Positions 52,359 to 64,000 of a stretch of 64,000 bases of DNA are shown here, in pieces. The notes under the pieces were generated by a model, which was not told where the DNA came from, did no database searches, and saw nothing but the letters and a program-made list of their open reading frames with translations. Made by a program: the position numbers and the translations under genes. The stretch lies in contig ML992506.1 in assembly GCA_010093995.1 (NCBI GenBank), positions 368,832-432,831 on the forward strand. Direction: 5' to 3'. Within the stretch, counting starts at the first letter, position 1. Every line of letters starts with the position of its first letter. Source of the DNA: Elsinoe ampelina. Its lineage: Eukaryota.

Positions 52359-53108
52359 ACGTGACCCACCCACGAGTCGCGCACCCCCACAATTCGCGCA
52401 CGCCCCTATATATATAACGCGTAATCTTCGTGACTATTCCTTCTTCCTACGTGACAAACATCATTCTTCGAGCTGTTTTATATGTATTCTGAAGCAGATA
52501 TTAAAGCTGCTCTCCGAGGCTATCGGAACAATACTTACGACTCGATTCGACAAGCTGCCGACGCGTTTAAGATTCTGCCTTCTACGCTTCGAGATAGGCT
52601 TCACGGCCGACAATCACGTACTACACGTAATCTACCGAAGCAGTTACTATCTCCGGCCGAAGAAGAGACGCTCGTTAGTTACCTCTTTCAGCTCGATCAC
52701 TTAGGAACGCCTGCGACGCCTTTATTGACCTTAGAGCTTGTTATTGAGATAATTCGTCACCGAGCACGTCTATCCGACAATAACCTTCCCTCGTCTCTAT
52801 CGCAGCCTATCGGTAAGAATTGGCTTAGCCAACTACGAAAGCGTCATCTACGTCTACAAAGCCTTTAGACTCGACAGCTAGAATCGTCACGGATAAAGGC
52901 TAGAACGTACGAGGCTATTACGCCGTTCTTTAACGCGTTATCCGACTTGTTCGAAAAGCACAACTATCCGCCAACAAACGTGTATAACCTCGACGAGGTA
53001 GGTTGTACAGTCGGTACAACGCAGTCGATGCGTGTACTAGTTGACGCTACAAACACACAGCGTCGAAAGAAGGCTAGAAAACGCGTTGTCGGCCGACAGG
53101 AATAGATA
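52359..53108 (+). mobile_element. element B: 5' half of a Fot1/pogo transposon
   Basis: TA|ACGTGACCCACCCACGAG TIR, then HTH-region ORF 52482-52868 with RIP-type stops and YNLDEVG. The 3' half is absent. Confidence 0.88.
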
Positions 53109-53840
53109 ACGTGACTCACCCACGAGCGGTTCGTCCCCACGAGCGGTTCACAAAGTTACTTTTTTGTACCTTTTTAGTAATATCTCTACGAACTATAGCT
53201 AATATAGCTTTAAATTTAAGATAGGACTAGTAAGATATTAGAACTATAAGTTGTATCAAAGACACTATATAAAACTTAGAAGTGCTATTATAATATAGAC
53301 TTTTAGATTTCTAAAATTTACTACTAATTTTCTTAATAAATATTTATATAGAAGAGGTAATTTAGAATATTTACTATATTTAGTTAGATATAAGATAGAT
53401 AGTAGAAGTATTAAGCTCTTATAGTAGCTAAGTCTAAAAAGTAGCTTTAAAAACTTAAAAATTTTATTTTTAGGTTAAATTCTCTTAAAAACTAGATTAT
53501 CTCTTAATAGAGATATATTTAATACTAGAATAATATAATATAATATAAATTTTAGTAGTAGCTATATAATATTTCTTCAATTCCTTATTATAACTCTCTT
53601 AAAGCTAATATATAGCTAATTTAAGTTATAAAATCTAGAAAACTTAATATCTAAATACTAGTAGTAGTTAAGCTTCTATAGTAATAAGATTAGTAGTATA
53701 TATAGATCTATAGAGTATCTAGCATTATATATAATATTAGGCTAGGATATTAAGGTTTTATAGAGATATTACTAAAAAGGTAAAAAAAGCTAATTTTGTA
53801 AACCGCTTGTAGGGACAAACCGCTCGTAGGTGAGTTACGT
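53109..53840. mobile_element. element C: 732-bp non-autonomous AT-rich TIR element
   Basis: ~80-bp imperfect TIRs starting ACGTGACTCACCCACGAGCGG and ending ..GTGAGTTACGT, TA on both sides, and a TpA-saturated interior with no ORF. Confidence 0.88.
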
Positions 53841-54914
53841 TATACAAGGCCAAAAACCTCAAAACAAACTGGATTCCAGATCCGTGGCCGGCTGGATGGC
53901 GTTTTTCAACGTCGAATAAAGGCTGGACGAGTGACGCGCACGGATTTGAATGGCTATCGACTGTCTTCGAGCCCGAAACACGTGACGTCGACGGCCGTCG
54001 ACGCCTCCTCGTTCTAGACGGCCATAGCTCGCACGTTACAGCTGCGTTCGCCTTCTTCTGCTTCGAGCACGATATCGACCTTGTAGTGTTCCCCCCTCAC
54101 GCATCGCATATCCTCCAACCGCTTGACGTCGCATGTTTTTCGCCGTTAAAGACAGCTCTTACGAGGGAGATCGACAATCTGATGCGTCTAGATCACGGCC
54201 GAATACAACGTATACAATGGACAGAATCCTACGTAATTGCGAGATTACGTGCTTTAACCGAACGAAATATTAAATCTGGCTTTGCGCATTCTGGTATCTA
54301 TCCGATAAGCCCTATTACCGTCCTTGCCAATTTGCCACACGAAGCACGTGATCGTCCGGTTACACCAACGGAAAACACAACGGAAAACGGCCAATTCGAC
54401 TCGGAAGTCTTGCGGTTAGGGTCGCCACAATCCGGCGCAAGCTTACGTACGGTCAACCGTAGTCTCAACGCGCGTATGGCCGTCGTCGACGTCGAAACAC
54501 CGGTAAAGCGATATATCTCGAAAATGACGTCACAGATAGAGTCGTCAACTACGTCTCTTACGTTACTCCAGCGCGAAATTGAACAACAGCGACAGCTTCT
54601 TGAGACGCGTAAGCGTAAGAAAAGTGGTAAGCGCATCGCTGTCGAAGGCCGGTTCGTCTTTAGTGAGCAAGAGACTATCGATATCCTCCGTGAGGCCGAA
54701 GCGGCGTCAAAGAAGAAGAAGGGCAAAAAGCGTAAAAAAACGCCAACGCCGGATCCTACACCGGAGGAATCAGAAGAGGAGGTTCGTTATGAGGCACCTG
54801 ACGATTCAGAAGACGAGCTAGCTTGATTTAATAGAGCAATTGAAGAATTTACCTCGTTGACGCTGTTTTGTGTGAACCGTTTGTGGGGATGAACCGCTCG
54901 TGGGTGGATCACGT
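53841..54914 (+). mobile_element. element D 3' half (DDE catalytic region and right TIR)
   Basis: Stop-free frame 53843-54826: YKAKNL..GWTSD..LVLDGHSSH..QPLDVACF. The TIR ends GGATCACGT at 54914. Confidence 0.92.
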
Positions 54915-55719
54915 TATAACAAGGGGGGGTAGCGCGTTACCGGAGGCTCGTATACACTCCAGAATTGATATCCACTCTTGTCGGCCGACGACGCGTTTTC
55001 TAGCCTTCTTTTGACGGTGAGTGTCTGCGGCACTAACTAGTACACGCGTCGACTGCGTTGTTCCGACGGTACAGCCTACCTCGTCGAGGTTATAGACGTT
55101 AGAAGAGGGATAGTCGTACTTTGCAAACAAGTCGGATAACGCGTTAAAGAACGGCGCAATAGCCTCGTATGTTCCAGCTTTTATCCGTGACGATTCAAGC
55201 TGCCGTGACCAAATGCTTTTTAATCGCGGATGACGTTTACGTAGCCGGAATAGCCAATTCTTGCCGATAGGCTGTGATAGAGACGTCGGAAGAGTGTTGT
55301 TCGAAATGCGTGATCTGTGACGGATAATCTCGACGACGAGCTCTAGTGCGAAGAAGGGTGTTGCCGGTGTTCCTAAGTCATTAAGCTGAATAAGATAGTC
55401 GATAAGCGACTCTTCTTCGGCCGGAGATAGTAGTTGACGTGGTAGGTTCCTTGTATTACGCGATTGTCGTCCTTGTAATCGGCCAACAAGTGTCGTAGGT
55501 GGAATTTTGAACGCGTTAGCAGCCTTTCGGATTGAGTCGAATTGGTCGTGTTGATAGCCGTAGATAGCAGCCTGAACGTCTGCCTCAGTATACATAATAG
55601 AATAGCTCAAATTATGATGTTTGTCACGTAAGAAGGAAGAATAATCACGAAGGTTACGCGTTAAAAAAGACAAGGTGTGGACCGTTTGTGGGGATGAACC
55701 GCTCGTGGGTGGATCACGT
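54915..55719 (-). mobile_element. element D 5' half (left TIR, HTH region and first catalytic Asp)
   Basis: Stop-free frame from ATG 55595 to ..LPPLVI at 54915. Its TIR 55681-55719 is identical over 39 bp to 54876-54914. Confidence 0.92.
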
Positions 55720-55809
55720 TAATAGAAAAGAATATCAAAGCTAGCTTCGAACACTCTAGTATCTATCCGATAAGCCCTATTACGGTGCTTGCCAATTTGC
55801 TATAAGTTA

Positions 55810-57686
55810 ACGTGACTCCCCCACAAACGGTATATCCCCACGAGCGGTACAGACCCCTTTTTTCGACGCGCGCCAATTTCGTGACTATCCTTCCTTCTTA
55901 CGTGATAAACATCAGAATTTGAATTTATTTATCATGTATACCGAAGCTGATATTCAGGCTGCTATCTACGCCTACTAACACGAAGAATACGACTTAATTC
56001 GAAAGGCTACTGACGCGTTTAGTATTCCGCCTACAACGCTCTACGGGCAATTACAAGGACGACAATCACGAACTACACAGAATCTACCGCGTCAATTACT
56101 ATTACCGGCCGAAGAAGAAGTACTTATCGACTATCTTAACTAGCTCGATAGCTTAGGAACGCCTGCAACGCCGTACTTTGTACTAGAGCTCGTTGTCGAG
56201 ATAATCCGTCACCGAGTACGTGTTCCAGACAATACACTTCCAACGTCTCTATCACAGCCTATTGGCAAGAACTGGCTATTCCGGCTACGGAAACGATATC
56301 TACAACTACAAAGCCTTTGGTTACGGCAGCTAGAATCGTCACGGATGAAGGCTGGAATGTACGAGGCTATCGCGCCGTTCTTCGACGCGTTATCTAACTT
56401 GTTCGAACGTTACAACTATTAACCTTACGACGTCTATAACCTCGACGAAGTAGGTTATATAGTCGGAATAACGTAGTTGACACGTGTACTAGTTACTACA
56501 GAAAACAACCATTATCGAAAGAAGGCTAAGAAACGCGTTATCGGCCGACAGGAGTAGATATCAATTCTAGAGTATATACGAGCCTCTAGAGATGCGCTCC
56601 CCCTCCTCGGTATTTACAAGGCTAAAAACCTTCGAACAAACTGGATTCCGGACCCTTAGCCGGCCGGATGGCGATTCTTAACGTCGAATAAAGGCTAGAC
56701 AAGTGACGCGCACGGCTTTAAGTGGTTATCGACAGTGTTTAAGCCCGAAACACGTAACGTCGACGGCCGTCGACGCCTCCTTGTTCTAGACGGCCACAGC
56801 TCGCACGTTACGGCCGCATTTGCTCTCTTCTGTTTCGAGCATAATATCGACCTTGTTGTGTTCCCCCCTCACGCATCACACATCCTCCAGCCGCTTGACG
56901 TAGCTTGTTTTTCACCGTTAAAGACAGCTCTTACGAAAGAGATCGACAACCTATTCCGCCTCGATCCAGGCCGAGTACAGCGTATATAGTGGGCCGAATC
57001 CTACGCGCGCGCACGAGAACGTGCTCTAACCGCAAGGAACATCAAATCTGGTTTCGAACACTCCGGCATCTATCCGATAAGTCCTATTACGGTGCTTGCT
57101 AATTTGCCACGTGAATCACGTGACAAATCGCCTAATCGGGCAATTACTCCAACGGAAAGCGGCCAATTCGACTAAAACACCTTGCGGTTAGGGTCGCCAC
57201 AATCCGGCGTAAGCTTACGTACGGTCAACCGTAGTCTTAACGCGCGTATAGCCGTCGTCGACGTCGAAACACCAGTCAAGCGATAGATCTCGAAAATGAC
57301 GTCACAATTTGAATCGGCAACAACGTCCCTTATACTACTCCGGCGCGAGATTAAACAACAGCGGCAGCTTCTTAAGACGCGTAAGCGTAAGAAAAGTAAT
57401 AAGCGCGTTGCTATCGAGGGCCGGTTTGTCTTTAGTGAGCAAGAGACAATTAATGTCCTTCGTGAGGCCGAAGCAGCGTCAAAGAAGAAGAAGGGCAAAA
57501 AGCGTAAGAAATCGCTTACACCGCTAACTACACCGGAAGAATCAGAAGAGGAACAGCCACCGGATCGACCATCTGATTCAGAAGACGAACTAGCTTGATC
57601 TAATAGAGCAATTACATGATTTATGTTGTTAGTGCTATTTTACGCGTACCGCTTGTAGGGATGTACCGCTCGTAGGTGGATCACGT
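55810..57686 (+). mobile_element. element E: full-length 1877-bp Fot1/pogo transposon, RIP-inactivated
   Basis: TA|ACGTGA...TCACGT|TA. Transposase 55934-57598 carries many TGG>TAG and CAA>TAA stops, but the DDD motifs are retained. Confidence 0.93.
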
Positions 57687-60600
57687 TATAAATCACGTAA
57701 CAAATCGCCTAATCGGGCAATTACCCCGACGGAAAACAGCTAATTCAACCAAAGAGTCTTACGGTTAGGGTCGCCACAATCCGGCGCAAGTCTATGTACG
57801 GTCAACCGTAGTCTTAACGCGCGTATGGCCGTCGTCGACGTCGAAACACCAGTTAAGCAATATATCTCGAAAATGACGTTACAATTTGAATCGTCGACGG
57901 CGGCCTTAGCACTACTATAACGGGAAGTTGAACAACAGCGGTAGCTTCTAGAGACGCGTAAGCGTAAGAAAAGTGGTAAGCGCGTTACTATCGAAGGCCG
58001 GTTTGTCTTTAGTGAGCAAGAAACAATTAATATCCTTTGTAAAGCCGAAGAAGAGATAAAGAAGAAGAAGGGCAAAAAGCGTAAAAAATCGCTTACGCCG
58101 CTAACTACACCAGAGGAATCAGAAGAGGAAGAGCTAATGCCTATACAGCCTGATTCTAGAGACGAACTAGCTTGATTTAATAGAGCAATTATATGATTTA
58201 CCTCGTTGATGCCTTTTTGTGTGAGTCGCTCGTGGACGTGCGTCGATTGTGGACGCGCGACGTTAATCCAAGTTACCACATCAAGGTTCTTCACTCACTC
58301 GTTGCACAGCTTTCTCTTCCATTCCTCGCCTGCTGCACCACGACTTATCACGTCCTACCTAAGCTAATCCTAACTTACCTCGTTCGTCAAGATGGAGTGA
58401 TTGGATGATGCAATCGCACACGAGAGATTTGGGGCAGAGGGCATTGACACGATCGTCTTGGACAATGATTCTTGGGTTCGCGATCTTTCATGAAACTGTG
58501 CGGCTCGAATGAAACTGGCGAGATGTTCTTCACCTCTATCTGCAGGTGAGATCATGTCAAGGAAGAACGATGCGGAACAGTGGCTTAAGGACTGATGATC
58601 ATTCAGGAAGCCACCAATGAAATCTGCGACCTAGCACCTTGATGTTGGAGACTTGCTAGTAAGTTATCAAGTCGACAAGTCTGTGGTTTTGGACTGATCA
58701 GATATAATCTTTGATCGTAAAGTCAAATCAGCATTGTCAATATCGCGCTGGCTGTTCGGTCTCAAACATCTATGACGCTGTCAACGGAGCTCAAGCTCGT
58801 GGGAGAAACGACAATGAGTTTTGATCGAGATGCGATGGCGGCACAGTTGTCGAATCGCACAGGCTGAACGTCCACGAGAGGAAGGATGAAGCTGCACAAA
58901 TGCGCTTTCCAGATTGACAGCCAATGGAGCTGTTCTTCCTCGTGAATCAACCTAGTCAACTTGAGTCAGGGGCAAATCAGGCATCAGTGAGAACTGCTCA
59001 AGATTCTGCCACAATCTAAGTAATTTTCAAGTCACCACGCAATATACGATGGCACAGAATGAGTCTCATCATGAAGATGTTTGTGAGTGAGGTAAGTTGC
59101 CTTTTAATCTGTTGTACAAATCTGCCCGAGTTTTGATTCATCCTTGACTCTTACTCGACCTCATTGAATTGATCGAGTCAACTCTTTGACCTGGGCGAAA
59201 ACGAAGTTTCTTTTGACTTGCTCAAAGTGGGAGTCCATTGTCAACTCGATTGCAGAAGGCGCGAGCGACCACGCGGACCCGAGTTCTCAGAGTTGACTCA
59301 AGGTCATGACATGGAGAGAAGGAGCGATTGAGTGACAAAAATGACTTGCAGTTTGTTGTGACTTTTCTTGCTTGGCTCTACACAAGCGAACCAATCAGTG
59401 CTCGGATCACGATCTGTTGTGCCACTATTTTGCGTCGTTTCGAATCTGGTGCGCCGTTGCCTGTGAAGCAAGAGATCGGACCAGCTCGCCAATGTCGATT
59501 CATAAAGGTCGCTCCTTCCTAGCCTGTCGAGTCACCATCAGAAAGTTGACGTGAGCGATTTGTCTTCTCATGGTTATCTTCAGAAGGCGAGATCCGAGGA
59601 CAATAGAGGATCCAAGTGATCGAGTGCATGGGACGGTCCAGTGCATAGGACGGTCGTTATTCGAGACTGCCAGAATGAGGAGTCGAAGAAACCTTAGGAC
59701 GCTCTTGTGTGGTAAGAGTGCTCACAGACCGAGCAGAGTAGAAAAGCACCTGACTTGCCTCGACGAACCTTCCAGACTAGACCCAGAGTATACATATACG
59801 GTGCTCGAGAACTCGATCCATCTCGATTTTGGCGCGAACGAAAGTTGTTGGCTCAAAATCAGACGTGAGGCGTGGTTACCTTGCAGAGCGATGTCGGAGC
59901 GTCGAAGTCCGATGACGGCTAGGTGGAGCCTGCTGAAGTTCGTGAACGCGTTCTTCCATCGTTCATTACATCAATTACATCGGGTCTTTAAAGAACCATC
60001 ACTAAGTTAACTAGTTAGAACTACCATGATTCTCTACAACTTCATCTATCGACCCAAACGTTTCAAAGTGATCTCAGCAATCACGTTCCTTTCCTTCACT
60101 CGAGCCAACATTCTCTGGATCCTTTCCGACCTGCCACTGGATTCGTCGGTCGTCTCTAATGGTGTGGTCTTGATACCCGCAATCGCTTTGTGCGCTGGGT
60201 GTGTTCTGGAGCTTTTCTTGGAACATGTCTCTCTTGGTAACATCGCCTGTCTTCTAATCTGCGATTGACTTAACTTACCCTCCTCAGCTTCTCTTCCTTC
60301 TCGGCCAGTTGATCATCGACGACGCCCTTGTCAAGCAGCACGGCACAGCTGCTTGACATCGCGTTCAGCTGCTGCAAGGCTCCTCGTGAGACTCTTGACC
60401 TGCTCCTGCGCTGACTGACTAATTTCTCGGTCCTCTTCATGTGCAACATCCGACGTGTTGATCTCGTTCGCCAGATTGCATAATTAGGCATGGCACGACA
60501 AAAGTCTGCAGGCAATCGAATAAGTTAGAGAGAGACGTGCTTGTTCCTGCCACACTCAGTCAGCAGATTGGGCAAGTGGCTGCCTTTTCGGCACGAAGGG

Positions 60601-60810
60601 CAGCAAGAGGAATGATGACAGTGATGATGATCTCGTGAGCTTGCCGCTGCGAGCACAGCGCTTTGGCCAGATTGTCCACGCCGACCACAGGAGACCGGAA
60701 CGAATCTCCAATGCAGCGACGATGGTGTTTGGTGGAAAAACACGGAAAGTGTCGATGAGGGAGCTCGCGACAGCGCAACGGGACTAAAGTGGGCCGATCG
60801 CTATTGCCCT

Positions 60811-63800
60811 TCACCGCAGAACCGGGGTATCCGCCTTCAAGAACAACAGCCATTGCTCGACCTGTGCCTGCCTCGAATTGTCCGCATAATGCTTCGACAT
60901 CAAGCCTCGCATCTTCTCAAACAGACCAGCCGCCTCTTGTTGCCGGCCTAGCGACGACCAGAACCTCCCAAGATTGTGCATCATCTGCAGAGTATACGGA
61001 TTGTGTTCCGACAGGGCCGAGGAGCGGAGCTCGACGCTTTTCTCAGCGAGCTCGGCGGCGACTCCAGTCTGACCCACCTTGTCCAGGAGCGTTGTGAACT
61101 CGAACATGGTGTGCAACGTCTGAGGATAATCAACAAGGCCGGATTGACGGTGCTCGTGCACGCATGTGGTGACTAGTTTGGTAGCTTCTGGGACGTGGCC
61201 CTGATGGTAGTGTATCACTGCTCTCAGGACGCTGAGAGACACTCGAGCAGGATGCTCCGGTCGAATTCGACGTCTGACCTGCTCAAGTGCTCCATCAATG
61301 ACGGCGGCTGCCCTTTCCCACTGCTGATGCTGAGCGAGGGCAAGAACATAGTACTCTGTAAATGGCCAGGGACAGGATTGACTATCGGTCCGTATCTCGG
61401 TCATGTACTGGTCGCCCAGCTGGAGGGCGCTGTCGTAGTCGCCTGTATCGAGATGTGCCCTCAATTTCAAGCAAGCGACAGCCTCTGGCATGGAATCCCG
61501 CAAAGTCAGATCGTCACCCTCGAACGGACCATCGGCTGTGAACTTGACCGGAACGTTGCTGATCAGATCCAATGCTTCCGAGGCAAAACCAGATCTCAAT
61601 GAAGCCTCGACCAAAGGGATACAAAAGGCGGCAGTGTGTAGACGTCGAGATCCCAATCCTTTCGTAAAGGCGTCGTACCAATGCCGAGCGTGGGTATAGG
61701 CACGTTGGACTTCCCATGTGTCAAGAAGTATGACCGGTAGGTACCTTGAAGTCTTCACCACGAACTCGTAAGTCGAGTGGTATAGGGACTTCAGGTGCCA
61801 CTCTGCATTACCAAAATCGGGTCGCTCTTTCTCAAGACTGTCCCAGAGCGACTCAATCAGAGGCGCAGCCATTTGGTAGCGGCCTCCAGCATGGAATGAT
61901 ATAGCGACATTAAGCAGTCCCGAGAGCTTGTCGTTGAAAATCTTGCGCACTTTGGCACCAAGAAGGGGTCTACACAGATCCATAGCCAGATCTTGATCTC
62001 CTTTCAAAGCGTGAAGAGCCGCAATGTTGGCTCTGATGGTAGTCGTTGAGGCGACATAGGTTTCGAACTGAAAGTCGATTCTCTTGCAATAGGTCTCAGA
62101 ATGGGTGACCATCTGCGTGCGCAGGTCGTCCCAGTCATCATTCTCCCCCTTGAGTAGTTGGCGTATGCAATACTCTATGGTATTTGATCCTCTGTGAGCA
62201 GGAAAATTTTCGAAGCAGTTGAAAGCGGTGTCAGCAATGGCGATGCGACTCCGCCAGGCAGCAGATCTACTGGGTTTCGACCTCTTGAAGCCACGAGATC
62301 CATCGAGAGCAACTCTGCTGATCACCCAAGCGTGCGTTTTGGGGTGCATTGATATGTTCTTGAACGACTCCTCCGGATTGACGAGTATCGACAGCGAAAC
62401 AAGAAGCGTTACAGCTTCCCGGAATGGTCGATGATCGAATCTTGGATTGTCTTTGCCAGGAAGCGAGCGGAGCAATCGAATACAGCATTGGTGAGGGGGT
62501 GACATCTCTCGACCCAGGATCTTGATATCGTCGATACTGGCTGATATAAAAGCCGCATGGAATAGATCTTCGGAGATACCGTCAAAGTGAATCAACGATA
62601 TAAAATCCAGCAGAGCTAGGGCATCCTTTGCAGTTTCTCCCTCGAGCGATTTGATGTAAGACACAGCAACGTCCAAAGTGTCGTCTATAGATATCGTGGG
62701 TTGAGGTTGATGACTTGGAATAGAGCTGAGCGTCGTACTCGAGGACGGCGCCGGTGACAACAAAGGTCGTTCGCCAGGCAATTTCGAACTTGACATAGTA
62801 TGTGCTTCTGCAGTTGCTTCGGATACCATTCCATGATATTCGTGGATCTGATAACCTCGTTGCTGAAGATATGAGCCAGCGTTGACAATGGCCAGTGGTA
62901 AGTGGCCAAGTAGAGCTACAAGGTGCATGGCTTCCTGTCGTTCTTGTTGTGAAGTGGGATGGTCAGAGTCGAAGGTGTGAGCAAGGAGCAGATCGCAAGC
63001 TTCGGTCGCCTCCATCTCTTTGAGATGTAGCTTCCCAGTGATCTCAAAATCTGCTCGGAATTGACCTCGAGAAGTTATCAGGACAGTCCCTCTTGAGCTG
63101 AAAGGAAGCACCTCGGAGAAATCTATGTCTCTGTTGTCCGCATTGTCCAGAATCATCAGCCAAGGTTTGTCCAGATTAGCGATCCATTGTATCATCTCTT
63201 CAGTGTCGTCCTGGCGATCAGGAAACATTGACCGATATCCACGCTGCAGAGAGTTCTTGATCAGTAGCTCCGACGAAGCATCGATCCAGAAAACGGCGTA
63301 ATAGCTAGCAATGTCAGCAGCAGAAAGCATGTGGTTTGGCACAAAGAACGTACTGATCACGAAACTCCCATGCGTATTTGAGACATAGCGACGTCTTGCC
63401 CGAACCTCCTTGACCGAAGATTGCAAACACAAGCATGCCTCGCCGCGACTGGTCATACTCTCTTCGACAGCATTGTACGATGCGCTCAAAATCATCGTGT
63501 CTACCGGTGAACGCTTTCGGCGGAGTTCGTCTCAAGGTCCATATTTTATTGAATGGCTCCTCGCGCTGGGCGGCGACTTTTTCAGACCGCCTTACCGCAG
63601 AGCGAGGAAGGACGTAAAGTATCTCCTTCATGAATGCTGCAGCAGTGGCAGCTGCATATGGCTGCCATCGTTTGTTCTTGTGAGAGTCGGCATAATCGCA
63701 AATACCTCGAATGACCAGACAGCCAAAATTATCCATCATGCCAGCAGCCTCCATTTCCACGCATAGCAGCCCTTCCTCTTCTAGCGACTCACGATAGACC

Positions 63801-64000
63801 CCATTCTTGACCACGACGTTGGAAGATCCTATCAGGCCATAGAAGATACGTGGCTCGGAGGAAGGCCTCACGGCTCTTCGCACTTGCTTCTTATCATCAC
63901 ATGACGCACATGTGTCTCCGGTAGAGTGCTCGTACGATGCCTTGTACAGGATATCATTGGCAGCATCTTGATACGAATATCGATCCTTCATAGCTGGATG
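60811..64000 (-). CDS. fungal NLR-like STAND protein, PNP_UDP - NB-ARC - TPR (5' end outside the window)
   Basis: PNP motif VEMEAAGMM..LVIRGICDYADSHKNKRWQ, P-loop GQGGSGKT, Walker B WLMILDNAD, GHLPLAI and MHP. HP.TL-type TPR repeats at the C-terminus. Intron at 63305-63353. Confidence 0.92.

Larger units (their letters stand above)
51630..58263 (+). mobile_element. element A: outermost RIP-mutated Fot1/pogo transposon, in pieces ~51630-52358, 55720-55809 and 57687-58263
   Basis: Decayed transposase from ATG 51749 (MYTEADV..). The right TIR ends ACGT at 58263 followed by TA. The inner TIR segment AGCGACTCACAC (51659-51670) is the reverse complement of 58219-58230. The outer left end is degenerate. 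Confidence 0.85.

Noticed and set aside
53160..53790. Centromeric or organellar AT-rich DNA
   Set aside because: Bounded by TIRs and TA dinucleotides, so better explained as a RIP-mutated non-autonomous element.
52359..57686. CRISPR-like recurring ~40-bp repeats
   Set aside because: These are transposon TIRs with irregular kb-scale spacing in eukaryotic DNA.
44979..64000. Starship giant-transposon cargo (metal tolerance genes plus NLR)
   Set aside because: No tyrosine-recombinase captain or boundary repeats in the window. It cannot be excluded beyond the edge.
1..64000. tRNA/rRNA genes
   Set aside because: None recognised by eye. A tRNAscan-SE/Infernal run is needed to exclude them.

Overview
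Intron-containing fungal (filamentous ascomycete, probably Dothideomycete-like) genomic DNA. Positions 1-51.5 kb are gene-dense. They hold two cytochrome P450s, an SDR, DUG2, an MFS transporter, a 1-Cys peroxiredoxin, SPB4, a bestrophin/UPF0187 protein, a JMJD5-like JmjC protein, RAD2/XPG, RSC9, a REC114-like meiotic gene, Zn2Cys6 and C2H2 transcription factors, a PL3 pectate lyase, a secreted Hsp70-like protein, a copper-fist TF next to a CrpA-type Cu-ATPase, and a GNAT. Positions ~51.6-58.3 kb are a RIP-mutated nest of five Fot1/pogo-type elements. Its junctions fit a single reversed-ends alternative transposition event that inverted half of an otherwise intact 554-aa transposase gene and deleted ~1.6 kb. 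The window ends in a PNP_UDP-NB-ARC-TPR NLR-like gene that is 5'-truncated by the edge. Seven ~1-kb islands switch from C-rich to G-rich regardless of gene orientation. All family assignments come from motif recognition by eye, not database searches.
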